DNA of 64,000 bases from Scyliorhinus canicula (lineage: Eukaryota), in assembly GCF_902713615.1 (NCBI RefSeq), contig NW_024055909.1, positions 248,001 to 312,000 of the forward strand. Reading direction: 5' to 3'. The stretch's first letter is position 1, and every line of letters starts with the position of its first letter. Shown here piece by piece: positions 50,430 to 61,981 of this stretch. The position numbers and the translations under genes were made by a program. Under the pieces are notes generated by a model. That model was not told the origin of the DNA and did no database searches. It worked only from the letters and a program-made list of their open reading frames with translations.

Positions 50430-53400
50430 GTGTTGAACCTAAACAGAAGCATCGAGCAGTTGCGCCGAATGGCCTGTCTCTATGCTCTAATTACGATTCA
50501 ATTGTCATAGAAACATAGTAAATTGGAGCAGGAGGAGGCAGTTGGGCCATTCATTATGAACATGGCTGATCACCCAATCCAATAATCTGTGCTGGCTTTC
50601 CCCCAATATCGTTTGGTCCTTTTAGAGTTATACCTGACACTGTCTCGATAGCGTCTTAGCTTCAACTGCTTCCTATTGCAGCAAATAACGCAGTCTGACC
50701 ACTCTCTGGGTGAAACAAAGTTTCCTACTTTCATCCAAAAAGGTGCCTTAGACTATGACTCGGTTTGTGAACAACCCATGATCGGGAATATCCTTCGTGC
50801 ATCTACGCTGTCTAGTCCTATTGGGATTTTATAGGTTTCCCCCTCATTCTTCCATCCTCTAGCGAATATACAACATAGAACATACAATACAGAAGGAGGC
50901 CATCGGCCCATCGAGTCTGCACCGACACACTTAAGCCCTCACTTCCATCCTATCCCCGTAAGCAATAACCCCTCCTAACATTTCTTTGGATACTAAGGGC
51001 AATTTAGCATGGCCAATCCACCTAACCTGCACGTTTTTGAACTGTGGGAGGAAACCGAAGTACCCGGAGGAAACTCAGGCAGACACGGGGAGAACATGCA
51101 GACTCGGCACAGACAGTTGCCCAGCAGGGAATCGAACCTGGGACACTGGCGCTGTGAAGCCACAGTGCTAACCACTATGCTACCGTGCTGCCCTATAATC
51201 CTAAATTACTCTATCCCTCCTCATACATCAGTCATACCAGCCCAGAAATCAGTCTGGTAAACCGTTTCTGTGCTCCCTCTATAGCATGGAAATCTTTGCT
51301 TAGATCAGGAGATTAAATCTGCACAGCATATTCCAAATGTTGCCCCCCAAAGAACTGTATAATTACAGCAAGGCATCTCTGCTCCTGTACTCGAATCCTC
51401 TCGCTGTAAAGGCCAACATAGCATTTGCCTTCTTCAGTGCCTGATCACTTGCATGCTTACCTTCAGCGCTTGGTATACGAGAACACCCAGGTCTCGTTGC
51501 ACATGTCTCTCTCTTAATTTATAGCCATTCAGATCATAATCTGCCATCCTGTTTTTGCTATCAAATTGGATAGCTTCACGTTTATCAACACTGCACTACA
51601 TGTACCTGCATTGTCTACTCACTCAGCTTGTCCAAATGACATTGACGCATCTCTGTATCCTTCTCACAGCCTGCCCTCCCACCCAGCTAGGTGTCATCTG
51701 CAAGTTTGGAGATATTGAATTTAATTCCCTCGTCAAAACCATGAATATTTATTGTAAATATCTGGGCTGCAAGCACCAATCCCGACAGTTCGCCAAATGT
51801 CACTGTCTGCCATTCGGCAAAATTCAATCCTATTCTGTTTCTTGTTTACCAAACAGTTTTATATCCATCTCAATATACTTACCCCAAATCGATGCGCTTT
51901 AATTTTATAGGCTAATATTTTATTTGGACTTTGTTGAAAACCTTCGTAAAATCTAAACAAAGCACAAACACTGGCTCCCCCTCAGTAACTGTACTCGCTG
52001 CATCCTCAAAGGATTCCAGTAGAATTGTCAAGCACAAATTCCATTTCCTAAATCCATGCTCACTGTCCGATTCTGCACTGTTTTTCAAATCCACTGCTAC
52101 AAACTCTTCAATACATAGAAACGTACATAGAAAATAGAAGCAGGAGGGGGCCATTTGGCCCTTCGAGCCAGCTACCCCATTCATTGTGATCATGACTGAT
52201 CATCAAGTTCAATACTATACCCTGATCCCGCCTTACCCCATATTACTTTGCCCCAAGAGCAATATCTAATAACCTCTTGAAATTACACAACGATTTGGCC
52301 TCAACTACCTTCTGCGGTAGTGAATTCCGCAGATTCAGCACTCTCTGGGTGATTAAATGTTTCCTCACCTCAGTCCTCAGAGGTTTATCCCTTATCCTCA
52401 AACTATGATCCCTAGTTCTGGACTCGTGCAACATCGGGAACTTTCTTTCCAAATCTACACTGTCAAATATTGTTAATATTGTGTAGGTTTCTATGATATA
52501 CCCTGTCACTCTTCTAACCTCCATTGAATCTAATCCTAACCGACTTAACTCTCTCCTCGTATGTCATCGCCATCCCAGCAATGATCTCGGCGAACCTTTG
52601 CTGCACTGCTCCATAGCAAGATCATCCTTGCTCAGATAAGGACACCAAAACAGCAAACAATACTCCAAGTTTGGCCTCACCAAGGCCCTAAAGAATGTCA
52701 GTAAATCATCTGTACTCCTGTACTCAAATCCTTTCCCTATGAAGGCCAACGTAGCATTTGCCTTCTTTACTGCCTCCTGTACCTGCGGGCTTACTTTCAG
52801 CGACTGATAATGGGTTTAGAATTTGCATCTCTGCCGACGGCAAGGTGACTGGTCAATAATTCTGTTTTCTATTTACATCCCTATGTAAGTAATGGTGTTA
52901 GATTAGCTATCATCTAACCTGGAAATGGGTGGCACGGTAGCATAGTGGTTAGCACTGCTTTGTCACAGCGCCAGGATCTCAGGTTCGATTCTTGGCTTTG
53001 GTCACTGTCTGGAAGTTCTCATCATGTCTGCGTGGGTTTCCTCCGGATTCTCCGGTTTCCTCACACAAGTCCCGAAAGACGTGCTTGTTAGGTGAATTGG
53101 AAATTCTGAATTCTCCCTCTGTGTACCGGAACAGGCACCGGAGTATGGCAACTTAATTGCAGTGTTAATGTAAGCCTACTTGTGACACTAATAAAAGATT
53201 TTATGATAATTATTTTTTTTAACTGTTCCAGAGTATATTGGAAGGTGACACCTATCACTTCTAGGGTAACTTCCTTCAACATTCTCGGATATACATTATC
53301 AGGTCCGGTGTCTATATGGACCATCAATCCTATCAATTTACCTAAAACCATTTATCTACTAATATTAATTTTCTTCAGTTCCTCCCTTCAACCAGACCCT

Positions 53401-55100
53401 GTGTTCCCCAAAATATCTGGTATGTTATTTCTGTCCTCCGTTGTGAATGCAGAACCAATGTATTCATTTAGTTGGTCAGCCAGTCCTTTGTTCCCAATTA
53501 TAAATCCCTCTGTTTCTGACTATAAGGGGATTACATTTATCTTCACCAATCTTTTTCGCGTCACATACCTGTCGAACGTTTTACAGACAGTGTGTATGTT
53601 CCCTGTAAACTTACTCTTGTCCTCTGTTAAGCTCTTCTGAATCAAACCGTTGGTTCTCTTTTGCGGAATTCTAAACTGCTCCTGTTGTTTTTCCTGGCCA
53701 ATTTGTATACAACTTCCTCGGATCTAATACTTTCACTGATTCCATTGTACGCCACCGTTTGGTCATCTTTCTCCTTTTAGTTTGCGCCAGACAGGAGTAA
53801 CGGATTGTTGCAACCACCCATATACTCATAGATTATTTGCCATTTCCGATACACCATTATCCCTTTATGTAACGTTTCCCAATGTCTCATAGCTAACTGG
53901 CACCTCATACCATCCACGTTTCCTTCATTAAAGTTCAGGACCCTATTCTCAAACTCAAATACGTCACTCTCCATCCAGATGCAAAATTCTATCATTTTAT
54001 GGTCGCGCATCCCCAAGGCGTCTCGCACAACTGTATTTCAAATTATTCCTTACACGTTACACAACATCCATTCTGGAATTATCTCCTCTCCCGTTGGTGG
54101 TTCAACGTTTTGGTTCAGAAAACCATCACGGATATACTCCAGGAATTACTCCTCAACAGTACGATGGTCCTTTTCGATCCTGTTCATAGATTTCTTTGCC
54201 TGTCACTTTTCTTATTCCCCTGACTGTCGTTAGTTTGTGTTCCTGATTCCCCCTTCTCTAACTTCTAGCATATATTCCCACACCCTTGTCATTTTAGTTT
54301 CAACCCTCCCCAACCACTCAGAAAATGCTCCCCCAAGGACACTGGTTCCGTCCTGTCCATTTGTAACCCATCCAGTTTGTCTTGGTCCCACCTCCTGCGG
54401 AACCGCTCCGAAGTCCACAACATCTTAAACCTTCCCACTCGCGCCATATCATCAGCCATTCATTCATCCCATATATCCTGATATTTCGACGCTCAGTTTT
54501 TCAGTGGAATGGCCACAGAATGAACTACCTGTCTAGTCCCTTTGCTCTTTATGTTGGTTACCCATTCCGTTCCTGCCCCTGGAGTGTGTGCTTGCGGTGT
54601 GACGACCTCTCTATTGGTGCTATCCACTTCACTCTCCGCCTTAAGGATGCACCACAGTGTCCCCAGCCGCCTCTTGGTCTCCGAATGCAGATTTCCAGGA
54701 GTTGAAGCTGGACGCAATTCCTGAGAGCCCCTGGCAATGGAAATGTTCCCAGCTTCCCACGTGGAACACAAGGAGAAAAGCCACGCCTTTGGTTTTTCTG
54801 CTAAGACTTTTAAATTAAACCTTTCGTGGATGCTTGATGTCAGACAATATTCATTATTCTCGGGCACTTCCCTACTGGTCCACGTTGCTATAGACTATTT
54901 CCCTTATAAACTATAAACCACAAAAAGTCCTGACAAACTATAAGTGATAAAAACAGTAAATATTTACCCGACGTTGCCCACTACTTACCAAATTGCTCTC
55001 CCTTTTGCCTGTATTGCTGCAGCAGGGTAAGGCCACTCTGAATATTTTTTTTAAAATTAGAAAGCAAACACAAAATATGAAAAAAGCAGCACTTTCCTCT
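50430..55100 (-). mobile_element. Long decayed CR1 LINE (ORF1 remnant plus ORF2) with nested SINEs in the Cmu3-Cmu4 intron
   Basis: Minus strand: VAIPLKN and QEVGPRQTGWVT (ORF1-like), RDHKMIEF (APE end), GPDNVYPRMLKEV, LDFTKVFNKV, LEYCLLFWCPY (RT). Confidence 0.8.
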
Positions 55101-55470
55101 CTGCATCGAATTCCCACTGTGCTCCTAATTCCCGATACCCACACTCACTCTGGCTGTGTCTCGTACTGAAATAGAACTGAGGTAAGATGAGATGACTCAT
55201 GCGCCAGTTAAGCATCAATAGCAATCATGGTCAAATTAGTCCCTCGTTAGGATTCATGTGACTGGCAGATAATTGTCACCAACTCGCAGTTTACAGAGAG
55301 ACGGACTGCGCCCGCCCATACACCGGGCTGGATAACAGGATAAACAACAAAGAGGGATAGGAAAACATGTTAAATTGAGGGCAATGCACATTCCTCTCAC
55401 ACCGAGCCACCTGCGCCAATGTCTCTGGAATTCTATATTTTTAAAAACATTTATTGTACATTTTCTGCAG

Positions 55471-55847
55471 ATCCAAATCCGCGGATACCGTTCGTCTCTG
55501 TCCTCCTGCCCTCGACTGAAGACGTCTCCGCTCAGAGATTCGTCTCCCTCAGCTGCTTCGTGAGAGGTTTCTCCCCCCGAGAAATCTTCGTCAAGTGGAC
55601 CGTCAATGACAAGCTGGTGAATCCCGGGAACTACAAGAACACCGAGGTGATGGCGGAGAACGGCAATAGCTCCTTCTTCATGTACAGCCTGTTATCCATT
55701 GCAGCGGAGGAGTGGGCCAGCGGCGCTTCTTACTCCTGTGTGGTGGGACATGAAGCCATCCCCTTGAAGATCATCAACAGAACGGTTGATAAATCCAGCG
55801 GTAAACCCAGTTTTGTGAACATTTCCCACGCTGATGGACACCGGTAA
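55471..55847 (+). CDS. IGHM: Cmu4 exon plus secretory tail (tail frameshifted)
   Basis: [43 protein letters not shown]...[44 protein letters not shown]. Acceptor TTTTCTGCAG. Internal donor G|GTAAAC at 55800/55801 for the membrane form. Confidence 0.96.
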
Positions 55848-55888
55848 TTCATGTCAATGAGAATCAATCAGACACATTTCGATTCTTA

Positions 55889-55904
55889 AATAAAATACAA
55901 TAAA
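55889..55904 (+). terminator. Secretory-form polyadenylation signals
   Basis: AATAAA at 55889-55894 and 55899-55904, about 40-55 nt after the stop. Confidence 0.75.
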
Positions 55905-56831
55905 GGCCTTTCATTCAAAACTTAGCTATATGCACAATCGCTCACTTAACCCTGTGTAAATATGTCACGAAAGTAATTCTCTGCCTGGAGTCGTAAATTC
56001 TCCTTCCTCTGGCACAAACCTTACATCCACCGCTCGCAGTTCAGATACTGCACGGATTAGAGATGTATTGGAGTTCATTCATTACATGATTCCACAGAGT
56101 ATTTTCTGTAATATGCCTCCTGCTGAATTCGGATAGTTTTCTATTACTGAGAAACAGCTGCAGCAAATTGAAATATCGGTGTCCCTGGTTCGTTCATTAT
56201 CTATCACTCAGAATTGGGGTCAGTTGTCAGTTTAGCATCGTGCGCCTCATGGGAATGGAGTGATGGTCATATAGGAACACGTTCTGCTGCTCATCAAAAA
56301 GAGTAGAAAGGTTAATTTGTTAACCCTCTACTCCAAACTGGAGAGGATAATTGATGATTGTTAACACGCTTTAACCTCGAATCCCAACCCAGGCAGCAGA
56401 GAGAGCGCAAGGATGAATTGAAAAATGAAAACGGCTTGTTGTCACAAGTAGGCTTCAAATGAAGTTACTGTGAAAAACCCCTAGTCTCCACATTCCGGGG
56501 CCTGTTTGTGGAGGCTGTTACGGGAGCCCAGTACACTAACACTTCCTTGATAGTGGTGGGGGGCGTTGACAGAAATTATTAACCCATTGTAATCACATTT
56601 CTCCATCAGAGTAACGAAAAAGGACAAATGTTTGCACATTGTTTTTTGAATTCCCTCCGAAGGAGTTTTTAAAAAATACATTTAGAGTACCCAATTATTT
56701 TTTCCAATTAAGAGTGGCCAATCTACCTATCCTACACATCTTTGGGTTGTGGGGTTGAAACCCATGCAGACACGGGGAGAATGTGCAAATTCCACACGGA
56801 CAGTGACTCGAACCCGGGTCCTCAGGGCTGT

Positions 56832-57040
56832 ACAGTAAGAAGTCTTACAACACCAGGTTAAAGTCCAACAGGTTTGTTTCAAACACGAGCTTTCGGAGCA
56901 CGGCTCCTTCTTCAGGTGACTTCTGAGGAAGGAACTGCGCTCCGAAAGCTCGTGTTTGAATCAAACCTGTTGGACTTTAACCTGGTGTTGTAAGACATCT
57001 TACTGTGCCCACCCCAGTCCAACGCCGGCATTTCCACATC
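56832..57040. mobile_element. Penelope-type palindromic terminal fragment (third copy, opposite orientation)
   Basis: Hairpin 56832-57006 matches 18778-18942. The GCCCACCCCAGTCCAACGCCGGCATTTCCACATC extension lies on the right instead of the left. Confidence 0.65.
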
Positions 57041-57149
57041 ATCTCTCAAGTAACACGCTTTTGCACAGAGCTGTGAATACTATTCCCTATCATGCACGCC
57101 ACCAGAACCAGGCATGGCTGTTGGTGAAACTTGTAGCAAAAATCAAAAA

Positions 57150-58640
57150 TACCCACATGCAAACACACGCACAAACACAACCGCAGATAATATGCCATCA
57201 CAAGCATGCAAGCAAGCAGGGACCCACAGGTAAACATTAACAAATGCACTTGCAAACTCTAACAAACACAATAATGTAGACATGATGACAAATATTATCT
57301 TGGAAATGAACACATATATGTGGACACAGATGCATGAACACTAACAGGCACATACAGCCACACGCATTTCATAGATAAACTAACATTAACAAATTCACAG
57401 TGACACACATAGGCGCAGATGTTAACAGACACGCATAAGGACACAAATATATATGGCAAGAACAGACATTACCACATAAGTCCAAGAACATAGAACATAG
57501 AACATTACAGCGCAGTACAGGCCCTTCGGCCATTGATGTTGCACTATCCTGTGAAACCCTTCTAAAGTCCCTCTACACTATTCCATTATCGTCCATATGC
57601 CTATCCAATGACCATTTGAATGCGTGTAGTGTTGGCGAGTTTACTACTGTTGCAGGCAGGGCATTCCACGCTCTTACGACTCTCCGAGTAAAGAACCGAC
57701 CTCTGACATCTGTCCTATATCTGTCTCAATAATAATAATCACTTATTGTCGCAGGTAGGCTTCAATAAAGTTCCTGTGAGAAGCCCCTCATCGCCACTTT
57801 CCGGTGCCAGTTCGGGGAGGCTGGCATGGGAATTGAACCCTGCTTGTTCTGCATTCCAAGTCAGCTATTTAGCTCACTGTGCTAAATCAGTTAATAATAA
57901 GAGGCGGCACAAATTGCCACAGTGGTTAGCATTGCTGCCTCACAGCGCCAGGGCTATGGCCTTGCATGACTGTCTGAGTGCAGTTTGCACATTCTCCCCT
58001 TGTGTGTGTGAGTTTCCTCCGGGTTCTCCGGTTTCCTCCCACAGCCCATAGATGCGCTGATTGGGTGGGTTGACCATGCTTACTTTGCCCATTAGTGTCC
58101 AAAAATGTGCAGATTAGGCGGGGTTACAGGAATAGGGCAGGTTAATCGGGTTAGGTTGGGTGGTCTTTCGGATGGTCGGTGCAGAATCGATGGACCGAAT
58201 GGCCTCCTTCTGCCCTTTAGGGGTTCTATGAATAAACAATTTAACAGGATCATACAGTCAAAAATATTAACATACACACAAATGGAAAGTCGAATGCATG
58301 CAAAATGTCGTATATTGCACATCCAGACACTTAAACAGAGATAAATGCAAAGATAAATTTATAAACATACATATCAACACAGCAACACATTAACGAGAAA
58401 CACATATTCAGATCATGCATGTTCATTGATATACTACCACAATGCACACACACAGAGGCAGACGCAGATGCATTAATATATCCATCAATCCTCATTAGAA
58501 TGTTTCCGCCACTAATTAGAACTCATACAAACACAAGTGCAGAATAATTCAAATGAAACGATACAGATGCATATTAGAGCGACAGAGAGATAGAGAGGGA
58601 GAGGGAGAGAGAGAGAGAGTGAGGGAGAGAGAGAGAGAAA
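57150..58640. repeat. CA-rich low-complexity stretches, SINE/CR1 tail fragments and (GA)n at ~58587-58640
   Basis: Directly visible compositional bias and a dinucleotide run. Confidence 0.7.
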
Positions 58641-61600
58641 GACGAAGGGCAAAATCAGAATTATGACGGACATTTTTTACAGCAACATTCGACTGTTTCG
58701 ACAGCAATTGTCGTTAAATGACATGCACAAAAGCCAGATAACAGATAACAACTGATTTTATTTAATGATATACCAACCATTTCCATCACACACAAAAACA
58801 TGCGTGAAACTCTGTTCGAATAGCTCTATTCACTGTCTTGTCTGAAGTAGTTATCTGAAACTATCATTACGGTGACCATTATCAATGTGTAAACCTTCTT
58901 CTGTGTCTCACCATAATATTCCCTGATGATAGACCATTTAAAAATTGATTCGCAATTAAGTTGCATCTGAAGGTGAAGAAAAAATACAACATTTTCAAAC
59001 ACAGATGTATCATTGTTTGCTGTTACTGCTTGCTTTGTGAGCTAGAACCTGTAGATGTTGCAACATGCAAGGCACAGGATGTTCCCATGCGTGCTACATT
59101 TGATCCAACCAGCAACAAGAGCGTGACTCATTGCAGCGTTTTGATAGGTCACCCAGATCAGGTCAAGTGTCAGTGAAGATCCGTGCAAGGGAGGCAGTGG
59201 CGTTGTGGTATTGTCACTGGACTAGCAATCCAGAGACCCAGGGTAATGCGCTGGGGACATGAGTTGGAATACCACCAGGGCAGATGGTGGAATATGAATT
59301 GAATAATAATCTGAAAGTAAAATCCTAATAACGACCATGAAGCAATGGTCGATTGTTGCAAATGCCCCATCTGGTTCGCTATTGTCCTTTAGGGAAGGAA
59401 ATCTCTCATCCTTACGCAGTCTACATATGACTCCAGATATACTGCAATGTAGTTGACTCTTACATTCCCTCGGAGATCGGTAACAATGCTGACCCAGCCA
59501 ACGCCACCTATATCCCACGAACGAATCCAGAAAATCTGCAACAGGATAATAGGTTCCATGCACATAAACTGCTGCTGTCAATCACGAGAAGCTGAGTTGA
59601 CAGGCTCAAAAACAGGAAGGCAGAACCACAGGCAAGTGAACTTAATATATGTTAGAGCATGGGCATAATCTGCACATTTTTGGATTGTAAGTAGGAATAT
59701 AAATTGTGAGTAGGATATACAGAGGAGACTGGTGACTAAGATATTTTCAGTGACTGTCGTCACAACCAGATAATATAATGAGAATTGGGAAATTGTCAAA
59801 TATTTGAGGAACAAATTAAAAATAAGCATATTAGCGAATGTGTGGGGAGATTGCAGAGCACTGCGATTTAGAGAGGACTGTATTTCCTCAAGTGTGAAAT
59901 GAAAACGGTTAGTATGCAGGGCCAGCGAGTAATCGGGAAAAAATGAATCTAGTTTTATCATGTGGGTAATTGAATACAAAAGTAGCGATGCACCGCATCA
60001 GTTACACAGAGTGTATGCTAGATCACACCTGGAGTCATTGCGCACAATCCTTTGTATAAAGTCGGGATATATCCTTTCCTAGAATCAGTTCATGGTCACA
60101 ATCTGACTTTTAATTCCATTTTTTTATTCTACTCAAATTTCACTACCTGTCATGATGAGATTTGAACCCAGGACCACAGCTCATTCTCCTGCTTTGCTGA
60201 ATTACTAGCGCAGCGGCAGTATGATTACGCCACTCCCCACTCCTTGCTGAAGGGAGGATGTAATTTCGCTAGAAGCAATGTTTGCCAGAGACTACCATGA
60301 ATACCACCGGTTGTTTTATGATCAAAGTTTATATACGCTAATGTTATATGCACTGGAGATTAAAAGCATAAGAAACATATATAATGCTGAGATGTCTTGA
60401 CATAGTCTCTGTGGAAAGGATGTTTGCTCTGCTGGGACAATCGGGAACGAGAGGTCACTGTTCAGATATAAGAGGTCGCCAATTTCAGGTAGAGTTGAGG
60501 GGAATTGTTTTGTCTCTCAGAAAGTCGTGAGTCTTTGGTCCTCATTGCCTCAAAAGCCGATAGAAACTTAGTCTTTGAATGTATTTGATAGAAAGATAGA
60601 TAGATTCTTCAGAAGCAAGGAGTGATAGGTTTATTGGATTCGGCAGGAATGTGGGGGTGAGGATACAGTCAGATCGACCGTGATCTCATTGCGTAGACGA
60701 GCAGGCGGTCGGGGTTGACGGATCTCCGCCAGTTCTCAGGATGCATAGTTCGGGAGAAGACCTGGAGAGCAGGAAAGGCAGCAGATGTGTGGTGGCTTCC
60801 TGATGCGCTTCGAGAAGCCAACGGTGACCCTTTGGAAACATGGCGATCTTCTATATCTGGCTGAGAGTTGGTGCTGGAGTTTAGCCTCAGGAATCCATGG
60901 GAACGTTGTCGCAAGAAGCGCGATTGAAAACCTGGCAGGTGAGAAGTCATGGAAGCAGTCCGGGGGATTTACACAGTAACTTCATTGCAGTGTTAATGCG
61001 AGCCTACTTGTGCCAATAATAAAGATTAGTATTATTAGAAGGAGCTATTTTTAAAGGCAATTCAGAGGTTCGATATTTGGAAAGGAATGCTCGAGTTCCC
61101 TCTTGAGGGGAGATAGTTTGAACCAGTATCGTGTAACACATAATTGATAAGGACGCCTGGCTGTGTTGTGTCGGGGTCTGTGGAATCTATGTTCGTCACA
61201 TCGACCATGCATTGTGCAAGTTTGTGTGTTCGACTGCCGATTACCTGTTAATTCAAATGTGCCACGTGTTGATTCTGAATGTTTTTGATTAAGATAGGTA
61301 TTGCAAATAACCACACTTCTTTGACTTTGTAGAGTAATGTTTAATTTGTTTGTGCAAAGACTGTGGATTTTTATGGCTTGGAGTGTACATTGGATATTAA
61401 ACTTTGCAAACGTAAAACCGAATCATACCAAAAATCTGTTGGTCTGATCTAGGATCATAACAGAACATATTTATGGAATACAGCGGTGCTATTAAGTATT
61501 AGATATGTATTGATAAGAGAGATTAACTTAGCATGTTGACCCCGGTTGAAAGTTTAATTATAGAACAAATTGCACTTTAAGGGAAGTAAAAGAGGAAGTA

Positions 61601-61652
61601 GAACATCATTAGGATTTTAACCGACTGAAATACCCCTTTCCCATCTCCGTAG

Positions 61653-61780
61653 ACATTAGAGGCCACATCTGGATTGAAGACGGTGGGGATGATAATGGTA
61701 ATATCGGGACAACCGCTTCCACATTCATCACTCTGTTTGTCTTCAGCATATTCTATAGCACTGCAGTGACTCTGGTGAAG
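61653..61780 (+). CDS. IGHM: IgM transmembrane exon TM1
   Basis: DIRGHIWIEDGGDDNGNIGTTASTFITLFVFSIFYSTAVTLVK with the antigen-receptor TM motif (T...F...S..YS..VT). Acceptor CATCTCCGTAG, donor AAG|GTGAGA, 128 nt, in phase with Cmu4. Confidence 0.95.
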
Positions 61781-61904
61781 GTGAGAAGATTCAATCCATT
61801 CACTCTACCATCTCTCCACATTTCTACAAGTTTCATTGAAAAATAAATTAGATTACTGCAACGGATCACTAAATATCTGTTTCATTCTTTTATTTCTCGT
61901 ACAG

Positions 61905-61913
61905 ATCGAGTGA
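61905..61913 (+). CDS. IGHM: IgM TM2 exon (IE*)
   Basis: Strong acceptor TTCTTTTATTTCTCGTACAG at 61904, then ATC GAG TGA. Short intron after TM1; AATAAA at 61976-61981. Confidence 0.8.
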   Translation: ME

Positions 61914-61975
61914 TCAGTTGAAGTTAGGGCGACGTTCATTTTCCTCAGTGTTTATTGGCACCTCTGGATTACAAT

Positions 61976-61981
61976 AATAAA
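61976..61981 (+). terminator. Membrane-form polyadenylation signal
   Basis: AATAAA about 60 nt after the TM2 stop. Confidence 0.65.

Larger units (their letters stand above)
38983..61913 (+). pseudogene. IGHM: Cluster-type IgM heavy-chain gene with pre-joined VDJ; probable pseudogene or non-canonical gene (stop in Cmu1, frameshifted secretory tail)
   Basis: Eight exons (L, VDJ, Cmu1-4 with secretory tail, TM1, TM2), all with GT/AG boundaries and matching phases. In-frame TAG at 47472. The confidence value refers to the pseudogene interpretation; the IgM identity is near certain. Confidence 0.65.

Noticed and set aside
38983-61913. Calling it the IgM1gj orthologue
   Set aside because: IgM1gj lacks Cmu2, whereas Cmu2 is present and open here. 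Orthology cannot be tested without a search.
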